A stretch of 64,000 nt of DNA from NCBI RefSeq assembly GCF_006345805.1, contig NC_042999.1, positions 143,964,001 to 144,028,000 on the forward strand, in the 5' to 3' direction. Source of the stretch: Octopus sinensis (taxonomy: Eukaryota). Below, in pieces: positions 11,398-24,446 of the stretch (position 1 is its first letter; each line of letters starts with the position of its first letter). Below the pieces are notes generated by a model. It was given only the letters and a program-made list of their open reading frames with translations. It did not search any database and was not told where the DNA came from. Both the position numbers and the translations under genes were made by a program.

Positions 11398-12709
11398 TGT
11401 CATCATTATCAGGAGCATAATTAGCAGCAAGTCTCATCTCCTCTCAGCGGGGTGAATATCTCAGATCACCATCTTGATATTTCATGTCCTCATAGATTTC
11501 CTTTGCTCGACTTATTCATTCACATTTTTAATCTGTATATTATATTCAGCCATGGAATTCTTGATTTTTCTTCTTCCTCGCTTTCTATTATCAGTCTCAA
11601 GTATTCAAAATATTATAATGTTGTCTTTTAATCATATCTAAAATATTTCTTTGCTTTTACCGTCTTTAGTACTTAAAAAGAAAACTGTCAACCGTATTAG
11701 TAAAATCCTCAAACATCGAGAATTTTACTTCAATATTACAAATAGCAAAAGCATCAACGAACTATTTCTTCAATTACAAATATGGTAACCATCACCAATG
11801 TTGCTAAAAGAGACTAAGTGTATTTATAAATTTGAGAACCGAGTTTGGTTAAAATAAGAACATTCTTATATATAAGGAAGAATATTCATCTTTTGCTTCC
11901 ACTAGTTTGATGCTTTATGGTTATGAACTCAAATCCATTAATTCAAATATATCGTTTATGCCTTTAGGGTTTTTGAAGATAGTATCAGTTAAATATTCAT
12001 GACATTCTATTTAAACAGTAAAATGTCTGATACAATGTTTATGCCTCGGGTTCGAACCACTTACTTAAATTCCTTTCCTATAAATTGTGTCACAGTAACG
12101 AATTGATATACTTGTTATTTATCTGGTCATTTGTTTGATTTCTTTTTAATAAGTTGCTTTAATAGTAAAACGCTTATAATTTTCCTGAAATAATAATTTT
12201 CAAAGGCGGAATTTTTTAAAAAATTAACTTTGTCAATGTAAAGTAAAGTAATTTTGTAGAACTGTACTATTGAAACACTCTAGGTCACTTGTGAAATAGT
12301 CTAAACATCGAAGGGACATGCACACAGGACTGAGCGCATGTCCCTTCGAGGTTCTCATGGATTATTGTTATTTAGTCTGTCTTAGATAAAGACGTTCAAC
12401 GAAACCATTCTCATACCTTATATCTCATCTTTTTCTAAGACTGTAAGAAGTGATTTAAAGACTGGTAGCAGGTTAGTGATAACATATAGGTTCTGTCTTT
12501 AATTTATACAACTGGTGTAGAAATGGTATCCCGGATAGTATTAGGATAGGAAATGTGATCAGATAGAAAGTTCCATTGAAATACAGTTATCGTAAGGAAG
12601 AATTTAAAAAATGGTATTCATAAACTTGAATTCTAATGGAGGGATGTAATTGCTAGGCTTCTCCTGTTCCCCATCCCCATTGATAAGCGTGAAAATGGTT
12701 TCTAAACAA

Positions 12710-13260
12710 TCAGAAGTTGCCAATGTCTTATTGGAACAATATCACCTTCTCCCATGAATCACCATTCACGCTTATACTCCACTTCGGCCTAAGTTTATGT
12801 CTGAAGATAGCCCAAAATAGCCTTCAACCCTTTTATGCCACTGCCTTGAAGCATGGAGACTCTGCGATTACGTGCACAATTACATCACATAGTTCTTTAG
12901 CTATTTTATATGGCAGACTTAACGCTAAGGATTATCTAAGTAGTATTCTTATCCTGTCCATCCTACGCTTCAAACATTCTTCCCTCATGGTAGCTCAGTC
13001 TTCCAAAGCGATAATGCGCCGATTCATTAGCAGTATAGTAATGTTAGTCAAAATTGGTACGCAGATCACAATAGTTGACCACTTAGATTGGTCCCCACAG
13101 TCACAAGATTTCAATGTAGTGAAATATTTATGGTATATTTTGGAGCGGTGGTGGGAGCGGCTTCCCTCCACCATCGTTGTAAAAGAGGTAAAGCAATCTT
13201 GACTTGAATAATAGCTCAAAATTTCTTTATTGACCGTTCATAAAGAGTCAAATCTATGTA
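12710..13260 (+). pseudogene. Degenerate Tc1-like DDE transposase remnant
   Basis: WNNITFSHES (FSDES), KHG, frameshifted FQSDNAPIH, WSPQSQDFNVVKYLW (WPPQSPDLNPIEHLW-like). Confidence 0.8.
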
Positions 13261-13401
13261 TTGAGGCAAAGATTCGTTTGAGAGCAACGGGGTAATTCGA
13301 TGCCAAAGTTGGACCACCTTCTTCTTAATGAAAATTTCCATTTAACAAATAATTTCCATTATCTTGTTCTCACATCTCTTTTTCTCTCTATCTCTCTCTC
13401 G

Positions 13402-13440
<39 letters not shown>

Positions 13441-13459
13441 GTATACATACACACACATA

Positions 13460-13652
13460 TATTCCTTTCTACTTTAGGCACAAGACCTGAAATTTGAGAG
13501 GAACTGCTCAACTGGTACTTATTTTATCAACCCCGAAAGAATGAAAGGCAAAGTTAACCCCGGCAGCATTTGAATTAAAAATGTAAAGACAGACGAAATG
13601 CCGCTAAGCATTTCGCTCGGCGTGGTAACAATTCTGCCATCTCGCCGCCTTA
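13460..13652 (-). mobile_element. tRNA-derived SINE (family 2)
   Basis: Minus strand reads taaggcggcgagatggcagaattgttacc..gaaatgcttagcggcatttcg..ctttgcctttcattctttcggggttgataaaataagtaccag; same as 58627-58830 (+). Confidence 0.8.
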
Positions 13653-13949
13653 CTACACACGCATACATATAATATACATACATATATACGTATGTACACA
13701 CACACACACACACACATACATACACACATACATGTATAGTTCTCTCATTACTTTTAGATTGTCAAAGCTTCAAGAAGATCGGTCAACTAATTACGAAGAT
13801 ACATTGGATTTATCGACTTTACATATATGAAACATACCACAGTATGTATAACTACTCTTGAAGGTAACACTGGGTTTGTTCAATCACGGCAGCAGCAACA
13901 GCAAAAACAGCAACAATCACGTTCTCGTACTAGTTTATTGTGTCACATT

Positions 13950-14156
13950 TTGGCATTAGGCCAGGAATTTTAGAGAAATGAGACAGTCGGTTACATCGAC
14001 CTCGGTACTTAACTGGTACTTTATTTTATCGGTCCCAAAAAGATTAAAAGCAAAGCTGACGTCAGTGGGATTTGGACTCTAAGCGTATAGAGCCGGAAGA
14101 AATGTTACAAATCATTTTGTCTGACGCCGTAGCAATTCTTCCAACTCACTGCCTTG
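13950..14156 (-). mobile_element. SINE family 2, older copy
   Basis: Shares the gtcgatgtaaccgac, gataaaataaagtaccag and gctttgctttta modules with 13460-13652. Confidence 0.7.
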
Positions 14157-14337
14157 CATTGATTTAATAATACACTGCGTGTTTATGCACTAGTGTGATG
14201 TGTGAGTGCGTGCACACGTGCATGTGCGTTGGTACAAACTAAATAATATTGTCCTTCTTACGGTCCATCTTCTCTCAACCTCGAGAGACATATATTTCGC
14301 TATATCTCTCCTTTTTCGATAACTCTTCTTCATTTAA

Positions 14338-14368
<31 letters not shown>

Positions 14369-15408
14369 GTATGTATACACACACACATACACACACACAC
14401 ATATATGTGTGTGTGTGTGTGTGTGTGTGTATTTCTCACATATTCTCGTATTCTTCTCAACATTCTCCTTCCGCCACATCTCTTTCACTCGTACATCCTT
14501 TCTCAGACACTATTCTTTCTCCCTTTGAGACTTCACCATTTCTCTACACAGCAGGAAATAAACACGATCGCTCACAGACATCCAATAATCACAACTGATG
14601 ACTCAAGCTATACGTTCAACTGCATCATGGAAATAATACTGTCCAACCTACATCCGGGATGTTATTTCATCTATGGCTGTATTTTATTTTTGACTTTTCT
14701 ACTCGTGTATGAATTTCTCTCGGTGGCACAGATCTTAAGAAACTTTACCACACACGCAGGCACACACACATTTATATATACACACACGCACATAAGTTCC
14801 TTCACACATTCACACACACATTCATACAAGTGTTCTTACATATATACACACACGTCTAAGAATCCACAAGAGAGAAAATAGTCACTCCTATTTTTGTCAA
14901 TAGAATGGGTGTATTATTTATCCAATTCAGCATTATAGAACTATTTAAACAGATACGTTTGTGAAATGATTCAGAACTATCAGAAACGAAAAGTAAGCTT
15001 TTAGATGGAGCAATTCCTGGTTTCTTACTTGATATAATCACGATAATTTTTCTTTAAATTCTTTCTTAAAGTTAACTATTTTTCAAAAATTTTGATTCAA
15101 CAGAAATGTTACCAAACTTTGTGAAAGAAGTTTTCGTATAATATATATTTTGTGTCTAGTGAGTACTTTGTGTGCGAGAGCTTTCCTTATAGTAATGTTG
15201 GTGATGAGCTAAATCTACCAACATTACTGTGGATCGCCGAACCCCAGAAACAGCTGTTGAACTTATAATACTTTTCTTCTATCCCTTTAATTTTGTTTGT
15301 CATTTGTTCTCTGTATAAGTTGGACCTATTACTATAAATATCTATATATTTATACATAAAAGTTCATCATCTGAAAGTTTCCAATTTTGCTTTCTCTCGT
15401 TTTGTATG

Positions 15409-15469
<61 letters not shown>

Positions 15470-16879
15470 TTTGTATTTAATATATTTAATCTGTTTAATT
15501 TGTTTATCCGCATAATTGATTCTATACTCGCACAGCTTGACCCCTCGTATAGCCTTTTTTTACCAAATGGAATGATCCCTTGTAAAAAAGTTTAAATTTT
15601 TTGAGCACTACTAACTGTCTTCTATTCGAAAGATATCTGAATCTCATATGTGAATTATGTGTGTGTGTGTGTGTGTAATTAGATAACACTATAGATCGCG
15701 CTGTAAAAGAGACAAGCACAGTTTGAACACTCAAAAATAAATTTTTCCATGGAACATTATATAACTTTTGAAAATTCTGGATGAAAACTCTCTACTCATA
15801 TAGTTTTAATTATGTCAGGACCCCTCAAATAACCTGGTATTTCCACGCTTTTACAAATTTTGTCCTGTTTTTTTTTTTGTCTTTTTTAATTGCTGAACGG
15901 TAGCCCCCGTTCTAATTCAATGCGCTATAACTTGAGTTCTGTTGAAAATCATACAGTCATGAAGAGGAATGCTTCTGCATTTTATATATATATATGAAAA
16001 GTGATGGGGGTAGATCAAATAAAGGTTACAAAGTATGAAAGTGAAAATTTTATCGTTAATTTTCATTTAGAAAAGAACATATTTTCTTGAAGATTTCTAT
16101 ATCATCAGAAAAAAATTTTCGCCAATTCAATATGGTCATTGCTAAACCTGGCCACGATATGGCAGAAAAGCACAAAGTCGGTAAAGACAATACTATATTA
16201 ACGCCACTTGTCAAACTGACGTATTCGCGTGCGTTGAGAGGTCAAGTGGAACACAAAGCATGAAATTACTTTTCACATTTTCCTTGTTTTTTTTTTTAAT
16301 CTAGGTGCACATGCAATTCTGAGAAAAATATCAGGTGGTCGTAGAATATGCTAGAAACAACAGTCAATTCTCCCTTAATTCACACACCTTTTCGTTTGAA
16401 AATGTTTGCAAAACTTTTACTTTTCAGAAGGTTTCTCCCTCGTTTTTAAATGAGTAATCCCAAAACTGTCAAGTTTTGTTATTTGCTCATTTCGTAAGCA
16501 CAGTATAGGAACAAGGATCAAATAGCCTTAAACTGCAAATTTCTATCTCGCCGTAGCGGAAGCACAACCAACAGCAGAACGTATGAGAAGGAGTAGCAAC
16601 ATCAACCGGTAAATTCACCAGTCTGATAAGGACTTTAACTGACAGGCAATATATCTGTCCTACTTCCTAACGCTTAACATTGCTCAGTATTTACCGCGAT
16701 TCAAAAGTATGAAACTAAACCGTCTATTCTATGGCAATACAACCCCTACAGAGTCTAGTCCTAATTATACGCCTAACCATAAGTTTATAAATGCACCGAG
16801 ATTTAATAACCAAGGTATAGTAACCCTGCAACACATAGCAACCCTAATTCTATCACTACAGAAACATATTACTTTATTC

Positions 16880-17260
16880 CCTTGTTGAACGTTATCTTAG
16901 AAAGACTGTCTATAAATGTTCTGTACGTGCACCTAGTGAAATTCATGTGTATATTGGTACTACATCTAACCACATTAAATCTAGATTCTATATGCAAAAA
17001 ACAAAACAGTTTTGGCAATAAACGTAAGGTTAATTTCACTTCATTGGCTAATCTCTTATGGATGCTTGCTGATAAAAATATTGAAGAATTCGCTTTGTCA
17101 ATTATACACACAATACAACATTATAAGGGTGGTGACGACAAATGCGCTTTGTGCATATCTAAAATCTACGAATTAACTAGGTGTGAATCGAATCTCATTA
17201 GATGTCCACATTTATTCCTCACGCCCTTCCTATATAATCCGGAAAATAGTTTAGACTTTA
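16880..17260 (+). pseudogene. GIY-YIG endonuclease remnant of a Penelope-like retroelement
   Basis: Frame from 16905 reads TVYKCSVRAPSEIHVYIGTTSNHIKSRFY. After a frameshift in a poly-A run it reads TSLANLLWMLADKN..YKGGDDKCALCISKIYEL..RCPH, matching the PLE pattern YIG-T...TxLSxxIW...CxLC...CxH. Confidence 0.7.
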
Positions 17261-17800
17261 ATTAGAATGTACTAATATACTACTTGTTGACTATAAACAA
17301 CTTATCCCTCTCTAGATAATAATGTTTCTACTTTCCTACACTTAATTGTTTTATCTGTTTCTAGTACTTGGTTACAATTGCCAAATATATAAAACGTGAT
17401 CTTAAACTATTATAACTTTTAACTCTAACGGACATAATATACTAATTAATTTCTATGCGATACCAATTCTACTGCATAATCATACTTTGCCAAAGTGCCT
17501 ATCAATTATTTTCTTGTCTAATATTCGAGTACTTAATACCATGGTCACATAACCGCTAGTAATGCTATCTATACTCAGTTTTCTGAAACCATTAGATGAA
17601 ACACTTGATTTAAACTGTGTCGTTATGTTATAATTTCTGAATTATATTTTTAACCAGAGCAGAATCCTTAACATAACTGAATATTTATAATACTTGTATT
17701 TCACTCACTATTGTAAAATTGCAATTGATAACCTGGTCTTTATCTGGTTTATACCTGGTTCATTAATTATTAATATCATATATATATATATATATATATA

Positions 17801-18350
17801 CTGGTTGGATTACCCGGCAATGCCCGGCAAAGCGGGGGTTATTTCCAGTTCCCATTACAGTTTCATGCCCTATCCCGTTCCCTGTTCAGTTCCCATTTTA
17901 GTTCCGCTCCCATTCCTTTCCCCCAATCCTCTGTAAATTTTAGAATCAGTTTTGTGTAATTAAGCCATTAAATATTTTATTAACCTTTATAGTAATAGTT
18001 TATTGCTAAAAGTAGGTATTACAAACTACTTATACGATTAGTGGGTGAATAAGGAATGTCGCTATATTATTTTAACAAGCGAATATATGTTTATTAAACG
18101 TATGCATAAGAATGTGTGGTGGAGAATGACAAAAACGTAGTGGTATTTCGTTCCAACACAATATCAGTTTTTTAATTCAGTGTTTGTAAAAACCTAGTGT
18201 AGGGCTTGAGGCGAGAAAGAACCTCAAATATACATGTACTGTTCGATTAATTTCCCAAAACAAGAGTTTTAGTATATTCCTAAAAGCCTTGCGAAATTCG
18301 AACTTTCTGTTCTCATCGTTTGTTCTAATTCTCAACTTGATATTATAACT
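17801..18350 (-). mobile_element. Probable non-autonomous Helitron-like element; right boundary uncertain
   Basis: Minus-strand end cccgctttgccgggcattgccgggtaatccaaCCAG|T abutting (TA)n, resembling the other Helitron 3' ends. Confidence 0.45.
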
Positions 18351-20529
18351 ATTATATAAATCAACTTCGATATTTAAAGCTGATAAATGCTATCAGTGTT
18401 GTTATTATATTGAAAGTGACAAAAATGACATATGAATTCCTTAATAGCCAGAGACAATGTGTCGTTAAGTAAAAGTAAATAATACGATTAGGAAACCCTG
18501 TACAAAAGCATTGCCGATCGAGAATACGTGATACCTAAAATGAATACGTATATACATGTATGTGTAAAGGTATAAATATAGTTCATGGGAGAATTTCAGA
18601 ACAATAACCTATTAAAATCACATACGAAGTAAAATGGTAATAAGCCATTATAAAATTGAAAGGTAAATTATATATTGTAAACGTGCATACTGTTATTCTA
18701 ATGTTGTTCATTACTTTTTAAACGTAAAATGAATGTGATTTACTTGATTGTTGTCTCTTTAAGTGATACTTCACGTTTTGTTTATTGCATCACTGTGAAA
18801 TTGCTTGTAATGTCTCTCATTTCACTGCAGTAAGCGTCATAGAGTAGTGGAAAGTTTATTACGGCCTATATACTTTTTTCTTTTAGTATTTCACATTATT
18901 TACGTTTTTTGGGGGTTACTTTGGAAAGCAAGAAAGTCGAACCCAACATCCTTTTGTCTACAAATCAAAATATTCGAACCTATTATGTTAATCGCTGAAT
19001 TAAATTGTTGATATTTGGTAATTGTGTCTTTATGAGATACGAACTCTCTCCAGTTTCGATTCCCAGTTGAAGCAACAATTTTACTTATATCTATAAAGCA
19101 TTTTGTATAAACTAATCGTAGATTATGCAAATTCTAATTTTTCACTAGTCTGTAACTCTGAGATTATATTTCCATGTAAGCAATGAATAATAGTTTCTCT
19201 ATAATGCCATTTACTAGCTGGTCTCTGTACATTACAGAGAAAACAAGAAACAACTTGTATAGAGTTCACTTTGAATTAATTACAATTACTTGTTGAGAAC
19301 CTGCAATGGGGGAGGTATCTTCCACAAATGGAATATGTTAGAGTAAATGTTTTCATCTGCTGTGCCGCAGAAAAATGGAAAAGCAATATTTTCAAAGTCT
19401 GAAAGCTGTGGACCTTAGCCAAGACCATTGAGTTGCTGTGTTCTTGTGGCTCACGGTTCAGAAAACCTATAAACTGTATTCTTGGCATCTGTTACAGCTT
19501 ATAAAAGACTGTTAACGTTCATAAAATGGTGGCCGTCTGCAAGAGACACAGCAGAGTCTTTCCATCCCAACTTTATCAGTACAACAGTAACAACTAGCAA
19601 CGGTTTTCCAATTCAGGTACCTAAGCAGAAGTATATCCAACAATTGACACAGTACAAAGAAATTTTAAGTTGTCCAAGACACATTTCATTAGGATTTGTG
19701 AGGCTCAGGGAAGGAGTCTTTGTAAAAAACAATCTCAGCTTCCATACTAAGGGTTGTCCGTTTACCACTGTACTGCACGGGGACAAAATATGGATTTAAA
19801 ATATTTAAAAGTATATTGTAAAAGAAATACTTGATACAACCACAATATTCGAAGAAAGATTTTTTTTGAAAGTTATTAACTATTTTGAGAAATCTTAGAA
19901 AAAGAGAATGAAACGTACCTTTTGGAATGAAGCTTTTGTATTCTGTGTAAGCGTTTTCGTTTTCAATTTTTCAAAGACGTGTTATAGAATAATCTATAGA
20001 GGAAGTTGCTTTCAGTTGCTTTTTAGTTCTTTTCAGGAATGTATTGACTATTTCCGGTTTAGAATTCTTATAATGTATTCTCTTACGTTTTGCATTTGAC
20101 CATTTTCTTCTTATTTTGGAAAAATGAAATGTTTTGAATTTTCCATTTACAAAAATGTCTAGTTGTCACATGGAACATTTCTGAGAGCTGAATCCTTAGT
20201 TGGTGCTTATGCACTCTCACATGGTGAATTAATTCTGATCTTTTTGGCTGGTGTAATTTCCATTGCATTGTGGTTAAGTGATACAATAGATAAGATTTTT
20301 ACTTTTGCAATTCATAATATTCAATTCTTTCATATTCTCTAATCTTTTGGTTTCCCAGTTCAATTACTCTACAAAAACAACAAATTAAGGGTTAAGTTCA
20401 TTGCCTAAAAATTTCTGATCATGTATTTCACTATGCTATATATGTTTCTGTGTGTGTTAGGTGTGTATACATACATGTATGCATTAATATGTATATGTAT
20501 ATTTATGTATATATCCATGTATGTGTAAA

Positions 20530-20700
20530 TGAAGAATTTTTAGTCGAATGGATCGACCCCAGGACTTATTTTTTAAAAGCCTGGTACTTATTCTATCAGT
20601 TTCTTTTGACAATCTGCTATATTACGGTGACGTAAACATACCAATACCGGTTGTCAAGCGGTGGTGGGAAACAAACATAGACACAAAGACACACACACAC
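20530..20700 (-). mobile_element. SINE family 1, 3' fragment
   Basis: Reverse complement matches 7040-7140 (ggtgttggg/tatgtttacg..gatagaataagtac). Confidence 0.7.
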
Positions 20701-20717
20701 ACACACACCACACACAC

Positions 20718-20765
<48 letters not shown>

Positions 20766-20777
20766 GTGGGTGTGTAG

Positions 20778-21030
20778 CGGGGGACGTATGGTTTAGTGGT
20801 TAAGGTGTTGCACTCACGATCTATTGATCGTGATTTCAATTCCCAGATCGGGTGGTGCGTTGTGCTCTTGAGCAAAACACTTCATCTCACGTTGTTCTGC
20901 GATCACTTCGACTCCTGACACGTAGTACACAGTGTACCTGTTCAGACAAGGTCGATTTGATGGAGAGAGCGAGTCAATGTGCGGCATGAACATTTGATCA
21001 TTATAAAGAGATTATTGCGGCTGGGTCCGT
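20778..21030 (+). mobile_element. tRNA-derived SINE (family 3)
   Basis: tggtttagtggttaagg A-box and gatttcaattccc B-box-like head, followed by a non-tRNA body cttgagcaaaacactt. Confidence 0.7.
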
Positions 21031-21041
21031 CATGTATGTGT

Positions 21042-21074
<33 letters not shown>

Positions 21075-21293
21075 GTATATACAAAGTTAATCCAAACATG
21101 AAAACACAAAAACGCGAGGACGTGAAACAAGTATAGTGTTATTGGACGTTCAGGAAAGGAAAGAAAGAAGGAGGATTTAACGCTTTGAGCGGAGACTTTC
21201 GTCAGAAACATAGGAAAGGGAAAGATCCAAGGAGGGAAGACGGGGAAAAAATCGACAAAAGTACACATGTGGTCACATTTTATAAAAGAAATA

Positions 21294-21782
21294 TCTGTAT
21301 GTATATAAAAGGCATGATGTGTGTGTGTGTGTGCGCGCGCGCGTACGTGAATGTAAATTATGCAAGTCCACAAATTAGCACGCATGTCGCTCCAATTTTA
21401 GGAGGACATTCGTTATGATCCTAGCTGTATTTTCGTCAAATTATTTTCCCCCCGAGGCACCAGCGAATAGCGGTAAAAATAAATTTTCGACCATAATTTA
21501 ATTTTCACAGCGGAGAAATCCACCATTGTTTATACAAACATGAGTTAAGTCCCCTTCTAGCGACGGTGTAAAGAGAGGGAGGGAGCGTGGGACAGAGAGA
21601 GAGAGAGAGAGATAACAGATTTTTAAAATTTCGTCTTTTTACTGATTGACTGGCAAAAACAGGTGTTGTTATGTATGTATGTATGTATGTATGTATGTGT
21701 GGATGGCTTCAGTCACACACACACACACACGAACATGTATGCGTACAAAACACATGTATGCAATGTGTGTGTGTGTTGACTG

Positions 21783-21816
<34 letters not shown>

Positions 21817-22365
21817 ATATTTATACACAATATAAACGATATTCTCCGTTTCTCCACAACTAATTTCCAAATTAGCTAAATCCGTTGCTCTACTCATAGC
21901 GATATATAGCTGGTCGTGCGTGAACATGGGAGAGAGCAGAGGTTACCAGACGCAAAAGACCTACGTGTTGACTGTTGACTTCGCAAAACGATCAGCTATG
22001 ATTTTGTAAACAATGTTTCGAAACTGTTTTCGAAAGGAGAGATCTAACTCTTTTCAACCATAACGTCTACCAATTTTGATGTATTTTGTTCAAACTTGAT
22101 GCCAGCATTACTTAGGACTCATGGGATCTTTGAATGCCTTAAGTCCTCCAAAAACGAAAAAAAAACAATCGATGAGCGGAGCAATCGATAAACCGATTCT
22201 TTATGGGATTTCCCAATCAAATTGTCTGTAAAATTTCAGTTTACCAATTTCAACGGATTTCACTCAAATTTGACGTCGATGTTACTTAGTTTGCTTTGAA
22301 ATAAACAGCTTGATTAGCTTAATAATCCTAACTTAATCCCGAGCAAAGCCGGACTATACTGCTAG
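21294..22365 (+). mobile_element. Non-autonomous Helitron, copy 2, complete (1072 bp)
   Basis: A|TC start at 21294; 3' hairpin-like cccgagcaaagccgg; CTAG|T end at 22362-22365. Confidence 0.88.
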
Positions 22366-22814
22366 TTATTTCTAAATCTCTCAAAGAGATACATTCAGTA
22401 ACAGTTCTTTAAAGTAAAGGCTATTTGCAAACATGATGTGACTATCCTGAAAACTGATACTGAATGTCGCTCTTTGAGAGATTTAGAAATGATATTTCTG
22501 TTTTGATCAGAAATTGAACATACAGAAAACTGTATGTTCGAACGGTGAATTCAGCAATGCCATCTGGCCAAAGTAGCTACTCAGTGTTGATAAAGGAAAA
22601 TAACCCAGAAACTAGTCCACAGATTTTGTTTTGCGCTTGATAGGAATGGTGAGCTTTCTGTTCGAAAATATAAGGACACTGATAGTGCGCCGTACAGCCA
22701 GCTCGAAACGATGTTTCTTGGGGCTAAAACAAAAGTAACATCGTCCCTTTCGGGATACCCATATTATGTTGGCAAATAGCATTTACTTTATTTATAATTA
22801 TATATATATATTTT

Positions 22815-23025
22815 GTTTCAGTCATTTGATTGCAGCCATAGCGCACAACCTTGAACGAATCTAATCGAACAAATCAAATCCAGAACTTATTTTTTGAAAC
22901 CTGCTACTTATTCTATCGGTTACTTTTATTGAAACGCTATGTTATACGGCCGTACACCAACACCAGTTGTCAAAGTGGTGGTGGGGGACAAACACAGACA
23001 TAGACACATACATACACGCACACAT

Positions 23026-23030
<5 letters not shown>
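22815..23030 (-). mobile_element. SINE family 1-related 3' fragment
   Basis: tacttattctatcgg..ccaacacc(a)gttgtcaa..ggacaaacacagaca, same module as 20530-20700. Confidence 0.65.
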
Positions 23031-23063
<33 letters not shown>

Positions 23064-23333
23064 CATCTAACCACGTGACCAACCAGGCTATAAGACAGAT
23101 GTTGTTATACATCGCCGGTCACAATGCGCATTTGCATTGTTTTAGCCTTCAAATGACGCCAACCCGCTGACTAGATGCTTCAGTTCTCCCCCACTGATCG
23201 AAAGGGAGAACTGGAGCAACGTGAAATGAAGTGGTTTACTTAGGACTCATGGGATCTTTGAATGCCTTAAGTCCTCCAAAAACGAAAAAAAAGCAATCGA
23301 TGAGCGATATATATATATATATATTACAAGGTA

Positions 23334-23402
<69 letters not shown>

Positions 23403-23422
23403 TATATGTACATATATACACA

Positions 23423-24294
23423 CACAAGGTGAAATCTAAAGTTCCTGGACAAGTTATGCTTAATAAAAAATAACTTGTTTACCTAAATTTTAATATCATC
23501 TCTTTCGAAATAGTCACCTTGCACATCAATAGACCGGTTTCTGCATTCCTGCCACTTTAGGATCAGGCCTGGAAGTCGTATTCCGTAAGTGATTCGAGGA
23601 TCTTCTGCTCTGAATTCGCTCTGAATTTCGACAGCGATATTAAAACGGTGATCTTTAAGCACCATTTTCATCTTGAGGAAGAGAAGGAAGGTCGCTGGTG
23701 CTAAATATGGTGAATAGGACGGATGCAGAAGCGATACCATGTTGTTTTCGGTGAGAAACTCACGAGTGAGGAGAGCTCAGTGACAGAGTCCATTGTCATC
23801 GTGAAGAATCCAGTTCTTCACGATCAACAGATCCGGTCGCTTTCGCCGAATGTCCTCCCTCAAACGCAGTAAAACTCTCGATTGACGGTCTGGCTCCAGG
23901 AGACGAATTCTCGATGCACAACACTGCGTATGTCAAAGAGAACGATGAGCGTGCTCTTGATTGAGCTGCGACTCTGTCGTGCAGCTGCATCACTCGAAAT
24001 ATTGCGTACGACCGTAAGCTTGTTGAAGCATGCTTAATGTCTCTCCCAAATTTAAGCCAAAATTTCACGTTGGCTCTTTCTTCCAGCTTCTTTTCCATGA
24101 CAAAAACGTAGAATTCAGCATGCACGTGATCACAAAAACACAAATTTCACAACTTGCGAAGTAAACACAGCGATGCCACTTGACACATTGCCTCATGAAG
24201 GTCACTGCTAGCTCTCACTGTGCACGCAACCATGTGCTGCCATCTGTTAGCACGCTACAGAACTAGCTCGGAAACTTTTTGATACTACCTCATA
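23423..24294 (-). mobile_element. Internally deleted mariner (DD34D) element with diverged TIRs
   Basis: HPSYSPYLAPATFLLFLKMK..GDYFE and N-terminal EERANVKFWLK. Ends caaggtgaaatctaaagttcc versus the reverse complement gaggtagtatcaaaaagtttcc, in a TA context. Confidence 0.8.
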
Positions 24295-24300
24295 TATACA

Positions 24301-24446
24301 ACAGGTTTCTTTCAGTTTCCGCCTACCAAATCCACTCACAAAGCTTTGGTCGGCCCGAGTCTATAGTAGAATGTGTTACGCAGTGAGACTGAACCTGGTA
24401 CACTGTGGTTGAGAAGGAAGCTTCTAACCACACAGCCATGCCTGTA
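24301..24446 (-). mobile_element. SINE family 1, 5' half
   Basis: Reverse complement of the 6840-6990 region. Confidence 0.75.

Noticed and set aside
20778-20850. tRNA gene
   Set aside because: The B-box is degenerate, no acceptor stem closes, and it runs into a SINE body.
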